DNA from: an uncultured virus (IMG/VR IMGVR_UViG_3300044858_004828)
Lineage: Duplodnaviria > Heunggongvirae > Uroviricota > Caudoviricetes
Virus record (IMG/VR): IMGVR_UViG_3300044858_004828
DNA length: 20,000 nucleotides
Direction: 5' to 3' (one strand)
Numbering within the stretch: the first letter of the stretch is position 1; each line of letters begins with the position of its first letter. Below, in pieces: positions 1 to 9,012 of the stretch. The translations under genes were made by a program, and so were the position numbers. The notes beneath the pieces are model-generated. The model ran no database searches. It worked only from the letters and a program-made list of their open reading frames with translations, and had not been told where the DNA came from.

Positions 1-578
1 GTACATGGATTTTTGCAAATCTTGTAAATACATCCGGCAATGCAATAGGAACTACAGCAAATCCAATTTATGCCAATATTATTGGTGCAACAATAAGTGC
101 AACAATAAATCCAATTGTTGGTGTAACCAATTCCGCAGCATCACCGCTTTTTGTTTGTGGTGTATCTGGTGCAACTGCTGTTAATGTAAATGTTCAAAAT
201 ACTGTTGTAATAGATGACAGTTCTATATTGGTTGGAATGACTGCCATTTACGGTCAAGTCGTTACCCTAAACAGCAATCTTTCCACATTAGGTTTAGCCA
301 AACCAGCATCTCTAAAAACTGGCCGCGTAACTTCGACATTCTCAACTACACAGCAACTTGACAGCGGATTTACCTGTCAGGCTGGTGTAAACATAAAAGC
401 ACTTTCAACAAATACTGACTTTGTTTATGTCGGAAACACTTCAGCTTCTGCAACATTGATATCCTCTGGGTATGCTATGGATCCCGGAGATGAAACATTT
501 GTAGATATTAATAACTTGAGTAAAATTTACATAGTAGCCGCAAGCGGAACACAATCCGTAACGTTCTTAGCGTCATAA
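1..578 (+). CDS. 5'-truncated hypothetical protein, probably virion structural (Thr/Ser/Asn/Val-rich, beta-rich)
   Basis: The frame of the 228..578 ORF stays open back to position 3 (TWIFANLVNTSGNAIGTTANPIY...), so the true start lies upstream of the window. Composition is typical of phage tail/decoration proteins. Confidence 0.7.
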   Translation, partial: TWIFANLVNTSGNAIGTTANPIYANIIGATISATINPIVGVTNSAASPLFVCGVSGATAVNVNVQNTVVIDDSSILVGMTAIYGQVVTLNSNLSTLGLAKPASLKTGRVTSTFSTTQQLDSGFTCQAGVNIKALSTNTDFVYVGNTSASATLISSGYAMDPGDETFVDINNLSKIYIVAASGTQSVTFLAS

Positions 579-579
579 A

Positions 580-1872
580 ATGTCAACACCAAGTACATTA
601 AACAATGTAAGAAATTACAAAAATTTTGGCTTAGTGGTATATGGAAATACCGCTGACCCAATTTTGACTAAAGGTTGGATTTCATCGAACCCAAATATTT
701 TAGTTCAAGGAACGACATGTTACTTGGATTATTCTCACGTCTACAATACATCTGACCTTGTTTTTTTAAAAAAAACCTTTGGTAGATTTTCTTCGGGGAC
801 TACATTTTCAATTCCAAGTTCTCAGTATTATGATCAAGAAAAAAATATTACAACTACTTTGGGGGGCACTTTAAATTATAGTTATAATTTAAATAATGGA
901 AAAATCGTAGTAAGCACCATAAATTCTGGTTTTACATTTAGTTCTTCCTACAATCTTTATTCCAAAGACAACTTTGTTGATACCCCACAATATGTGTTTA
1001 GTAATACTGGCTTTACTGGAAACTTTGTATTGAATACATTTCCAAACAAAAACTCATCATTTGAAGAAATGGGTTTTTTAGGAAATCAATTTAATTTTGA
1101 AGAATACATAGATTTTAGTGGAGCAACCAGTACAAACTATGGAAGATTAAAAATTGATGGTTTTGCAAAACTAAAAGATGGTCAAGAAATACTTTATATT
1201 GTAAGTGGAACCACATTTCAAAATTTGACTGATTCCCAAATACAATTAAAATCCTATATTCGTGGTATATCAGACGTAACAGAAATACAAGAGCCAGAAA
1301 ATATAACCGGAATTTATAGAATACAAGATGCTTCAAGCAAGCTAGTAAATTGTTTTGAAAAACAAAACTACTACCAAGTATATCTTAGAAATCAATCACT
1401 GGGTTCTACTTATAATGGCTATTGGATTAATTGCGATACATGCCCAGATGATGTTTATTCTGAAGGGTTGGTGACAGAGGGATCACAGACAAATCTTGTT
1501 TTTGATAACAGTGTATATTTGTTTATCAATAAAATTGTAAATACTGTAGTAAATTCAACTGTTGCTTCATCGGCATATGCAGTTTATACTCAAAGACTTT
1601 ATAGCGGTTCTGCTCAAGTTGCAGCTAGATTATCATTTTCAATAAGTCAAGCTCTCAAAATTGATTTGAGCCATGCGTCTTTGCAGGGATGGAAATTTGA
1701 TATTTTCATGGACCCACAATACAAAATACCTCTCACCAGTAATTTGGTTGTTTCAGGACAACCGGGATACAATCAGGCATTTGTACTTGTGCAAAGTAAG
1801 CCAAACACCCCGAGAACTCTATACTGCCTTTTCCAAGGTCCACAGACTTTGACGTTTGTAATCAATATATAA
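580..1872 (+). CDS. hypothetical 430-aa protein, probably virion structural
   Basis: Long ORF starting 1 nt after the previous stop, S/T/N/Y/F-rich and followed by a terminator. No catalytic motif recognised. Confidence 0.7.
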   Translation: MSTPSTLNNVRNYKNFGLVVYGNTADPILTKGWISSNPNILVQGTTCYLDYSHVYNTSDLVFLKKTFGRFSSGTTFSIPSSQYYDQEKNITTTLGGTLNYSYNLNNGKIVVSTINSGFTFSSSYNLYSKDNFVDTPQYVFSNTGFTGNFVLNTFPNKNSSFEEMGFLGNQFNFEEYIDFSGATSTNYGRLKIDGFAKLKDGQEILYIVSGTTFQNLTDSQIQLKSYIRGISDVTEIQEPENITGIYRIQDASSKLVNCFEKQNYYQVYLRNQSLGSTYNGYWINCDTCPDDVYSEGLVTEGSQTNLVFDNSVYLFINKIVNTVVNSTVASSAYAVYTQRLYSGSAQVAARLSFSISQALKIDLSHASLQGWKFDIFMDPQYKIPLTSNLVVSGQPGYNQAFVLVQSKPNTPRTLYCLFQGPQTLTFVINI

Positions 1873-1901
1873 AAAAAGCTCCGATTGCTCGGAGCTTTTT
1901 T
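1872..1901. terminator. bidirectional intrinsic terminator
   Basis: AAAAAAGCTCCGA-TTGC-TCGGAGCTTTTTT between convergent genes, with A/T tracts on both sides. The loop reads GCAA on the minus strand. Confidence 0.85.
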
Positions 1902-1921
1902 CTGATGTGTTTGATTTTTAA

Positions 1922-2158
1922 TTAACGCGAACGGTTACGAGCAACACGATAATAAGAACGGCCATTGCGGGTCTCACGAACTACGGTGTAGTTCATATCA
2001 AAACGATCAAAAGCCTCACGGAGATCGTGCATGGTAGCACGCATGTTGCTGACACGGAAACGCTTCCGGGCCTCCCCTGCGGTTAGCGTAGCACCGCCAC
2101 GCATGTAATCAAACACTCTCTGAATCTTGGTAGGACGATCAACAGTTGTAATTTCCAT
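1922..2158 (-). CDS. small basic winged helix-turn-helix DNA-binding protein
   Basis: Pattern 'RVFDYMRGGATLTAGEARKRFRVSNMRATMHDLR...YTVVRETRNGRSYYRV' fits a phage wHTH. SD-like AAGGAAA upstream. Confidence 0.7.
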   Translation of the reverse strand: MEITTVDRPTKIQRVFDYMRGGATLTAGEARKRFRVSNMRATMHDLREAFDRFDMNYTVVRETRNGRSYYRVARNRSR

Positions 2159-2189
2159 ATAAATTTCCTTTCTTATAAGAAGTTGATCT

Positions 2190-2217
2190 AATATAGCCCC
2201 TAGAATTTGACTGTCAA
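2190..2217 (-). promoter_or_regulatory. sigma70-like early promoter for the wHTH gene
   Basis: Minus strand TTGACA (2217-2212), 16 nt, TATATT (2195-2190). The -35 lies in the palindrome TTGAC-T-GTCAA. Confidence 0.6.
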
Positions 2218-2253
2218 GTAATATACTAAATAATATCGACTGAGGAGCCCCCT

Positions 2254-2853
2254 ATGAGCGCAAGGAATCATCAGTTTGTCAGTCATGTGAAAAATCATCT
2301 GGCAGAATACGGCATGAAACTTGTTTTAGGCCGTGGAAAAATGGTTAACGTAGGTGGATATCGCTGCGTTGGTTATTTTGACGAAAACAAAAAAATTATA
2401 AAAATTGCAAAAGAATCTGCAGAATTTATGTCAACTTTAGTGCATGAATACTGCCATTTTTTGCAATGCATAAACAATTGTAAAATTTATAAAAAATCTG
2501 ATGCAGCCGGAGTTATTGTTGATGAATGGTTTAACGGAAAAGATTATGCCCCTGAAAAATTGAAGCGGGCATTTTTTCTTGTTAGGGCAATGGAAAGAGA
2601 CTGCGAAAAACGTGCAATAAAAATTATTAAAAAATTTAATTTACAAATAGATAGCAAGATGTACGCCAAGAAAGCACACTGCTATATCTACAGCCACTTT
2701 ATGATGGAAAAAACTCGTAAGTTTTGTTCCTACAAGAAAAGCCCATATCACAGCAAAATTGTGTTAAAAATTATGCCGTCAACCATGACTGCATTGAGTC
2801 ACAAAAAAATACCTAAAAAAGTTTATTCGGTTTTAGAATCGTTCGTGGTTTGA
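2254..2853 (+). CDS. putative zinc metallopeptidase (zincin, HExxH)
   Basis: 'STLVHEYCHFLQ' plus a downstream 'MERDCE' helix supplying a likely third ligand. SD GAGGAG upstream. Late-like ACTAAATA at 2225-2232. Confidence 0.65.
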   Translation: MSARNHQFVSHVKNHLAEYGMKLVLGRGKMVNVGGYRCVGYFDENKKIIKIAKESAEFMSTLVHEYCHFLQCINNCKIYKKSDAAGVIVDEWFNGKDYAPEKLKRAFFLVRAMERDCEKRAIKIIKKFNLQIDSKMYAKKAHCYIYSHFMMEKTRKFCSYKKSPYHSKIVLKIMPSTMTALSHKKIPKKVYSVLESFVV

Positions 2854-3188
2854 GATTTTAAATACTTTGCCACAAACAACTTCATATCAACATTATCGTA
2901 TGGCCATCTATCTTTTTCTTCCATAAAATTGTAATGGACCAGAGCTTCAATATGCTCTTCCATCATCTTTAAAGATTCGTCGTCTATAGGCCACTTTGTT
3001 CCTGTTTCATTTTCTAAGCAAGGGATCATATTTGCATTATGTTCGGCAACTATGAGGTCACCTATTTTTGCAACATTTCCTAAAATTTCTAAAGACTTGG
3101 CGCACTGGAAAAAAAGATCCTTCTTGACAGGATCTTCTTCTTTGCGAGCCAAGTTGCGAATTTCGTAAACTAGCTCTGGGATTTTCAT
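2823..3188 (-). CDS. hypothetical protein (121 aa)
   Basis: ORF with SD AAGGAG, last gene of the minus-strand run. Overlaps the peptidase 3' end by 31 bp. Confidence 0.7.
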   Translation of the reverse strand: MKIPELVYEIRNLARKEEDPVKKDLFFQCAKSLEILGNVAKIGDLIVAEHNANMIPCLENETGTKWPIDDESLKMMEEHIEALVHYNFMEEKDRWPYDNVDMKLFVAKYLKSQTTNDSKTE

Positions 3189-3200
3189 TTTAGTAACTCC

Positions 3201-3563
3201 TTAACTTAGTGTTAGGAGATACTTGGTTTGTTGAATCAGACCAAGCATCTCATCACGTATATTTAACAGTGCTGTCTGATCTGGTTTTATTTCTTTCGGC
3301 AATTCGTTCTTCAAATAGTCTTCAAATGAATCTAGTACTGAATTGATCCCAATCTTAAATGGTCCATTTAGTTTTAGTTCAGCAAAATCTTTCAATTCCT
3401 GCTTTCCTTTTACTCCCATGTAGGTTTCCGCAAAGGTATCAAGCAACTCATCTATACCTTCATATGCTTTTCCCAAGGCTTTGTGGGCAGCATAAGACTG
3501 TGTGCCCCAATGATGGAGGCGAATTTCGTTATTGAAGTTTAGTATTTTTTGAATGCAGGACAT
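3201..3563 (-). CDS. ferritin/Dps-like four-helix bundle protein (phage type)
   Basis: 'LHHWGTQSYAAHKALGKAYEGIDELLDTFAETYMG' and C-terminal 'NIRDEMLGLIQQTKYLLTL' resemble the Dps-like HW...H...D...E ferroxidase pattern. Confidence 0.7.
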   Translation of the reverse strand: MSCIQKILNFNNEIRLHHWGTQSYAAHKALGKAYEGIDELLDTFAETYMGVKGKQELKDFAELKLNGPFKIGINSVLDSFEDYLKNELPKEIKPDQTALLNIRDEMLGLIQQTKYLLTLS

Positions 3564-3578
3564 ATAGTTTCCTTAAAG

Positions 3579-4193
3579 TTATTTATTTTCTTCCGTATTT
3601 GGCTTCAAAGTTTCATTTACTGCTGTTGCAATACCTTTAACCGAGTCAATTGCATCAGCAACTTTAAATCCTGCACCAGTTTCTGGTCCAAATTTTTTCA
3701 AAGGACAGGTGATTGAAGGCATATAAAGTTTTTGTGATAGACTGGCTCTGGGATTTCCAATTTTACAACCACACCCACCTTTACACCAACCGATGGGTTC
3801 TGTTTGTGGTAAAGGGTTTACTTTATAATCACATGCTAGGCAAATTTCTTTTCTTTTATTGTAGACTTCTTCAGAAACTTTACCATTAAACATTTGAGAA
3901 GTTTCTGCTTTTGCATATGAAACTGCTTTCTGTATCAAAGATGGTTCTTTTGGTTTGGGTATCATTGTAGTAGAATTTAATTTTTTTGGTATCGGTTGAG
4001 ATATAGTGAGAGAAACTATCTCTTTTCTTTCTTTGCATAATGCACAGTCTGGTGTAGAAGGATTTATATTTTTTAATGAACATTTTGTAATACACGATTC
4101 TTCATCAATATTCCAATATTCACAGTTTATTTTCTTTTTAAAATTTTTTGTATTGCAGTTATATCTGTCTGGTAAAAATATATTTTGTATCAT
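3579..4193 (-). CDS. cysteine-rich hypothetical protein
   Basis: Two Cys clusters: CxxC in 'DCALCKER' and 'RKEICLACDY...WCKGGCGC...CPLKKF'. Lies directly downstream of the Gly/Cys-rich gene. Confidence 0.7.
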   Translation of the reverse strand: MIQNIFLPDRYNCNTKNFKKKINCEYWNIDEESCITKCSLKNINPSTPDCALCKERKEIVSLTISQPIPKKLNSTTMIPKPKEPSLIQKAVSYAKAETSQMFNGKVSEEVYNKRKEICLACDYKVNPLPQTEPIGWCKGGCGCKIGNPRASLSQKLYMPSITCPLKKFGPETGAGFKVADAIDSVKGIATAVNETLKPNTEENK

Positions 4194-4202
4194 AAAAATT
4201 CC

Positions 4203-7200
4203 TTACGTTAATGTAACATTGCAAATCTGTGGACCATCCATATCATCCCATCGATCCGGACATAAGAAACCACTTCCGATACCTTCACACTTTGTGTTTA
4301 TCATGCTTGTTACTGTTGGATTTTCTTCCCATTGCACTAATGTTTTAAAAGTTGGAACAACATCAGCAGAATTAATATCAGGACAAGCATATCCTGTGCA
4401 AGGAGTACAGGCACAATCTGAAATAGGCACTCTACCACAGCCACTCATAAACCATTTTACATAAGGTCTTTGTGCGCAGCATTTTGGAACTCTATTCATT
4501 TCGGCAAATACACCAATTCCATATGCATAAGATGCATAGTACAAAGTATAGGTTAATCTTCTTACAATTTTTTGACCACCATTCGGATAATTTGTAATAA
4601 TAAGTTGTTCATCCGTATCACACTCAGCAAATATATCTCCGGGAATACCTAATTGTTCATCTCTCCAACCACCAAGCCAATATTTGTCAGATGGAGAAAT
4701 GTTGGTAAAGGCAATTTTACCACCAAAAAGTGCATTTAATCTTGCAACATATGTTGATACTCTGCAGCCTTTTGCATAAACTCTAGGTCCACTCAAATCT
4801 GGTCCGCCCGGATCATTTTCACATGGATTGTCTATACCAGCCAAGCCCCCACCCAGCGCAAGATACTGTGGCAACTCATATCCACTACCTGTACTAAAAC
4901 AATTTTCAGTATCAAGCAAAACACATTCTGTAGTTGCTCTTATCAAAGCATCTTTTGATGCTTCCGACAGATCTGATTCAGTTGTCGGTACTCCAGACCG
5001 TAAAGGAAGACATGGAAAAGCTGCATCAACATAACATCTTTCTTGCAACCCAGTACCATATGCTCCCCCACCAATTAGTGAATATGTAAATAATTTTCCA
5101 ATTCCTTCTATAAAACCGTTTGGACACAAACCACCGGGTTGCGGGCAAGGAGGCTCTGAAAAACTTTGGGAAAAACTACCAGAAGAAGGACTGGCAACAA
5201 CTGAAACAGAATAAGAATCATTGTGGACTACCCCACCTGCTATTGCGCAATCGCAAGTGTTTACAGCATTACAATCTGGAAAATATTCTCCACGGCCATT
5301 CCATTGCATAGACACATTTACATTTGCTTTCCATGGACTTTTTCCTGACCATGCTTCTTCTACAACATCACAACATCCTCCAACAGGCTGGGTATCGTCT
5401 CCATCATCTTGATCACAAGATTCTCTTTCAATTACAATTGGGACTCCTTGGTAGCCACAGCATGGATCTTCAAGTATTATTTCACCTATGGTTCCTTGAT
5501 CAAAATATGATATGTCACCAAAAGGAACCCACAGGGAATACTTACCAACAATATAATACCAATCATCTTTTTTTGTCCAAAAAGTATCCGGGTAATTATC
5601 AATGTCGTCAACACATGCCACAAATCCTTTACTTGGACACGGTTCAATTGGTGCACAGGGGCATTGCTCTGCTCCCCAGCAGTCTGGTGTTGGATTCTGA
5701 TTATTCTTTTTTTTGCAAAGAGGCGTAGCCCACAAACCTTTACAACAATCTGCCCAAGGTCTGCATCGAATGTCAGTGAATACTGCATCTTCGGGTATTG
5801 TATTTTGACTATCACAATTTACACCACATTGGTAAAGAAGGTAGTAAAGTTCTCCTTCATATTTGAAAGTCTTGTAAAGAACCACATCAATTTCACCAGT
5901 ATTGGTAGAAAAAGTTATACCAGTTAAACCAGTTAAACCAAATCCGCTGTCTGGACAAGTGAACGCCCCAACACCACTTCCACCATATCCGCTTCCATAA
6001 GGCAAATCTTGTGCAGATTCTTGTCCACCTGTTCCTCCTGAATTTCCAGATACTCCTCTTGGGTCTAATTCTGTATTAAAATTTGCCAAAGAAGCGCACG
6101 GATTGTAACCCGAAGCACCCGAAGCACCCGAAGCACCCGAAGCACCCGAAGCTCCAGTTATTTCTATTGGACCAGACACACCATTTGTTCCACTCGGTCC
6201 TCCACAGCAGTTCTGGGTTTGTTCACATATGTATTGAGCTTGAGCATCACTTAGACAAATATAGCTTCTGTCCGGTATCTCATCTTTGCTGCTATCACAT
6301 AAACATTTTGCACCAGCAAATGTTAAAACAACTTTTCCCCAAGTTCCTGTTCCATCTGTATATGGATTTGTTGGAATCCATCCAACGCTTCCAGTTATTT
6401 TTTTGTTTCCACCCAAACCAGCAATATCATATATCCAATAATCTGGATCACACATATTTGGTGGACCAAGATCAGAACCTGCTTCCGAATATTCATCTAT
6501 TGTACTACTTCCACCACCGCCCCCATATCCACCACTACCACCTCCACCACCGCCTTTCTTTCCACCTCCACCGCCGCCTCCACCACCATTAATATCAACA
6601 AAAGCACCACGACCACCCTTTGTTCCTTGGCCATCTTGTGCATATGTTCCACCACACCCTCCGGTAGTCTGTGTTCCACCTCCCCCGCCTTCAGCACCTT
6701 TTCCAGCAATACCAGTGGTTACACCACCATGCCCACCGGGAGCAGGTTGTTTGCCACCACCACCACCACCAGCAGCAATTATAAATGCTGATTCTGGTTG
6801 TGTAACATCTGTAGCAACGAATGCAGCACCACCACCCCATGCCCCGTATCCCTGACCCCCACCAGCAGGAACTGTTTCGATATTACCAGTCCATCCTGTA
6901 AAAGATCTTCCCGGTTTAAACCCTAAGCCACCATAACCAACACATGCAAAATAATCTTTATTATAGGTTCCATTTTTTTGAGCATATGCTCCATTGCCTC
7001 CGGGGAATTGGCTATTAAATCCACCACCTCCCGCGCCCCAAGCTTTATAGGTAACTTTTCTTTCGGTATCGATTTCCAATTTCCAACAAATTAATGGATT
7101 GCATTGGCCGTCGAACCCACTACCAAAATTACCACCAGAACCCCAACCACCCCCACCATTTAATGGAAGCAAAGATGTTCCTATAGCATATCCTCTTAAA

Positions 7201-7538
7201 ATTGTTGGATCATTTGGGTCTGAGGTATTACAGTCAACTAATTTTATTTTTGCTGGTGGCATTCCATAGCCACTATCAATTCCAAAACCCAGTAAACTGT
7301 TTTCGTCTAAAAATTTATAATATGGATTTACATTTTTAAAATAGCCAGTTGAACCAAAAACTGGATGCGACTCTAAAGAGTTTAAATAATTTCGCATCGC
7401 AACAGATGTATTGGAACCATCTATACCAGAAAATCCAGTTCCGGTTGGATGAAAACCAGCAAAAGCCATTCCACCAAAACTACGACATGGAACAGCAATC
7501 CAACTTCCACCTTCACAGCAACATTTCTTTTTAGGCAT
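4203..7538 (-). CDS. large Gly-rich/Cys-rich late protein, probable tail fibre/adhesin-like virion protein (1111 aa)
   Basis: N-terminus MPKKKCCC. Poly-Gly domain ('AWGAGGGG...IIAAGGGGGG...GGGGGSS') of the ALK/LTK glycine-rich type seen in phage fibres. Many Cys and CC pairs. TATAAATA 20 nt upstream. Confidence 0.65.
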   Translation of the reverse strand: MPKKKCCCEGGSWIAVPCRSFGGMAFAGFHPTGTGFSGIDGSNTSVAMRNYLNSLESHPVFGSTGYFKNVNPYYKFLDENSLLGFGIDSGYGMPPAKIKLVDCNTSDPNDPTILRGYAIGTSLLPLNGGGGWGSGGNFGSGFDGQCNPLICWKLEIDTERKVTYKAWGAGGGGFNSQFPGGNGAYAQKNGTYNKDYFACVGYGGLGFKPGRSFTGWTGNIETVPAGGGQGYGAWGGGAAFVATDVTQPESAFIIAAGGGGGGKQPAPGGHGGVTTGIAGKGAEGGGGGTQTTGGCGGTYAQDGQGTKGGRGAFVDINGGGGGGGGGKKGGGGGGSGGYGGGGGSSTIDEYSEAGSDLGPPNMCDPDYWIYDIAGLGGNKKITGSVGWIPTNPYTDGTGTWGKVVLTFAGAKCLCDSSKDEIPDRSYICLSDAQAQYICEQTQNCCGGPSGTNGVSGPIEITGASGASGASGASGASGYNPCASLANFNTELDPRGVSGNSGGTGGQESAQDLPYGSGYGGSGVGAFTCPDSGFGLTGLTGITFSTNTGEIDVVLYKTFKYEGELYYLLYQCGVNCDSQNTIPEDAVFTDIRCRPWADCCKGLWATPLCKKKNNQNPTPDCWGAEQCPCAPIEPCPSKGFVACVDDIDNYPDTFWTKKDDWYYIVGKYSLWVPFGDISYFDQGTIGEIILEDPCCGYQGVPIVIERESCDQDDGDDTQPVGGCCDVVEEAWSGKSPWKANVNVSMQWNGRGEYFPDCNAVNTCDCAIAGGVVHNDSYSVSVVASPSSGSFSQSFSEPPCPQPGGLCPNGFIEGIGKLFTYSLIGGGAYGTGLQERCYVDAAFPCLPLRSGVPTTESDLSEASKDALIRATTECVLLDTENCFSTGSGYELPQYLALGGGLAGIDNPCENDPGGPDLSGPRVYAKGCRVSTYVARLNALFGGKIAFTNISPSDKYWLGGWRDEQLGIPGDIFAECDTDEQLIITNYPNGGQKIVRRLTYTLYYASYAYGIGVFAEMNRVPKCCAQRPYVKWFMSGCGRVPISDCACTPCTGYACPDINSADVVPTFKTLVQWEENPTVTSMINTKCEGIGSGFLCPDRWDDMDGPQICNVTLT
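6108..6152. repeat. 9-bp tandem repeat (ACCCGAAGC)x5 encoding (Ala-Ser-Gly)5
   Basis: Five perfect copies read directly; in-frame linker GASGASGASGASGASG. Confidence 0.95.
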
Positions 7539-7557
7539 AGACTTTCACCATACACTT

Positions 7558-7565
7558 TATTTATA
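7558..7565 (-). promoter_or_regulatory. T4-type late promoter TATAAATA
   Basis: Exact gp55 consensus on the minus strand, overlapping the deaminase stop and preceding the 1111-aa gene. Confidence 0.7.
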
Positions 7566-7935
7566 GCCGCTGAATACCATTGTCGTCCGTGTAATAAATT
7601 TTATGAAAAACTTCACCACACCACTTGGCACACACCGGACAAGGCTTAGAATTTCTAAAATTGCCAAATCGGTTGAATCTAAAATTAAGAAGAATCAACT
7701 TCTTGGATCTAAGAGCGTGTGGAATTTTTCTAAAGGCATCCAGTTCAGAATGCATCTCAGCACAACGATAACCCAAACGAAAAGTGTCGGGGTGGGTCTT
7801 AAAAATATTTTGACCCACCGCGACAATCTTTCGCTTGTAAATTATGAGAGATATGTGCTTCTTCTGTCTCTCCATTGCCATAGAAAGCGGCTTGGCAATG
7901 GGCATGTACGTTTCAATTATATTGTCAAGAGTCAT
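7561..7935 (-). CDS. zinc-dependent cytidine/dCMP deaminase-fold protein
   Basis: HxE ('MHSELDAF') and PCxxC ('NSKPCPVC') motifs, preceded by 'HISLIIYKRKIVAVGQN'. Confidence 0.8.
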   Translation of the reverse strand: MTLDNIIETYMPIAKPLSMAMERQKKHISLIIYKRKIVAVGQNIFKTHPDTFRLGYRCAEMHSELDAFRKIPHALRSKKLILLNFRFNRFGNFRNSKPCPVCAKWCGEVFHKIYYTDDNGIQRL

Positions 7936-7939
7936 TCAA

Positions 7940-8248
7940 TCACGGCGTCAGCTTCAACGACGGTCCAGTGTTAAGACCAGTCGAAGGAGTGACAAGCCCC
8001 TTATTCAAACTTGCATCATACTGAGTCTTGAGCTCTTCAAGCGGATCAATGCTGAATGCAATAAAACTATGAGGAATTTCAACACCCTTAGAAGCCTTAG
8101 TATACATCATCCAAGGCATTAGTCCAATTTGTCCTTGACCAACCGGAACCAGAATTGCTGGGTCCTTGAGAGTCACATGATTATCTGTCATCTCATAACG
8201 TGCTAAAATTTCTTCGCCTGAGTTTAGTCTAAATACTTTTACGTTCAT
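7940..8248 (-). CDS. Sm-like fold protein conserved in T4-like phages
   Basis: 'MNVKVFRLNSGEEILA...TLKDPAILVP...IGLMPWM' matches my recollection of the T4-like/cyanophage Sm-like family. SD AAAGGA upstream. Confidence 0.7.
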   Translation of the reverse strand: MNVKVFRLNSGEEILARYEMTDNHVTLKDPAILVPVGQGQIGLMPWMMYTKASKGVEIPHSFIAFSIDPLEELKTQYDASLNKGLVTPSTGLNTGPSLKLTP

Positions 8249-8277
8249 TTTGTTTCCTTTATAAAATGGTTAGAACT

Positions 8278-8305
8278 ATTATACTTAGCATCATTTTAAT
8301 AGCAA
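8278..8305 (-). promoter_or_regulatory. sigma70-like promoter for the Sm-like/deaminase genes
   Basis: Minus strand TTGCTA (8305-8300), 16 nt, TATAAT (8283-8278). Confidence 0.5.
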
Positions 8306-8316
8306 GCATTAATCCA

Positions 8317-9012
8317 ATGAAATCATTCAAAAACTTTTTAATCGAAATGGCACCACCTGCACCAGCATCAACACCAGCACAACAAAATGATGATCCATTT
8401 GGTGGAAATGAACAAATTAAAAAATTATATGGTGCAATCGTAGCGGCAGAACATGAAGCCGAAAAACCAAAAGATCCTTATGCGTTTGATAAAAATTTAT
8501 ATATTCGCACAAAGGCTGGCGGTGGAAAATCTACAGCCTATGGTCCAACACAAATTACAGTCAGCACTGCAAAAGGTTTTATGAAGACCCAGCCAAATCT
8601 ATTCAAGGGAATAGAGGGTTATGCAAAGCAGTATGCAGAACAAGGAAACAAATTTTTAAAAGCCAATGTAAAAGATCCACAGTATGGATTGGGTTGCGTT
8701 GGCGATCTATGCGATGAAAAGTATCACAAAGATTATCAAAAAATGTCATCTGCTATAATTCAAGGTAAAGCAAAAGAAAAGAAGCTTGATTTAACCAAGC
8801 CTCTTTCCGATGAAGGTTTAAATACCTTTATCCAATACTGGCGTGGAGCAGATGAAAAAGCCGATCCACGTTATTTTAATCGCTTCAGAGAAGCGTTCAA
8901 AGGAACTGAAGTTAAAAAGGCAACTCCTCCTCAACAACCTCAGAAACCCGCTGCAAAAACCACTCAGGTGCCGAAGAAGCCTTCCACTTCGCAAACCGCT
9001 CCTTCTCGTTGA
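8317..9012 (+). CDS. lysozyme/lytic-transglycosylase-like protein with T4 capsid-targeting-like N-terminus
   Basis: 'AIVAAEH...STAYGPTQIT' resembles the catalytic-Glu helix and 'AxGxxQ' motif of SLT/lysozyme folds. Starts MKSFKNFLIE. An alternative start at 8266 is not excluded. Confidence 0.55.
   Translation: MKSFKNFLIEMAPPAPASTPAQQNDDPFGGNEQIKKLYGAIVAAEHEAEKPKDPYAFDKNLYIRTKAGGGKSTAYGPTQITVSTAKGFMKTQPNLFKGIEGYAKQYAEQGNKFLKANVKDPQYGLGCVGDLCDEKYHKDYQKMSSAIIQGKAKEKKLDLTKPLSDEGLNTFIQYWRGADEKADPRYFNRFREAFKGTEVKKATPPQQPQKPAAKTTQVPKKPSTSQTAPSR

Noticed and set aside
4006..7649. Plus-strand ORFs opposite the 1111-aa gene (e.g. 6083..6592 with KHP repeats and His runs)
   Set aside because: They are antisense artefacts of Gly codons and the 9-bp repeat.
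8266..8316. Hydrophobic 17-aa extension MVRTIILSIILIASINP as a signal peptide
   Set aside because: It overlaps the divergent promoter in AT-rich DNA, where Ile-rich runs arise by chance, and the MKSFKNFLIE start matches a tag seen again at 14781. Disfavoured but not excluded.
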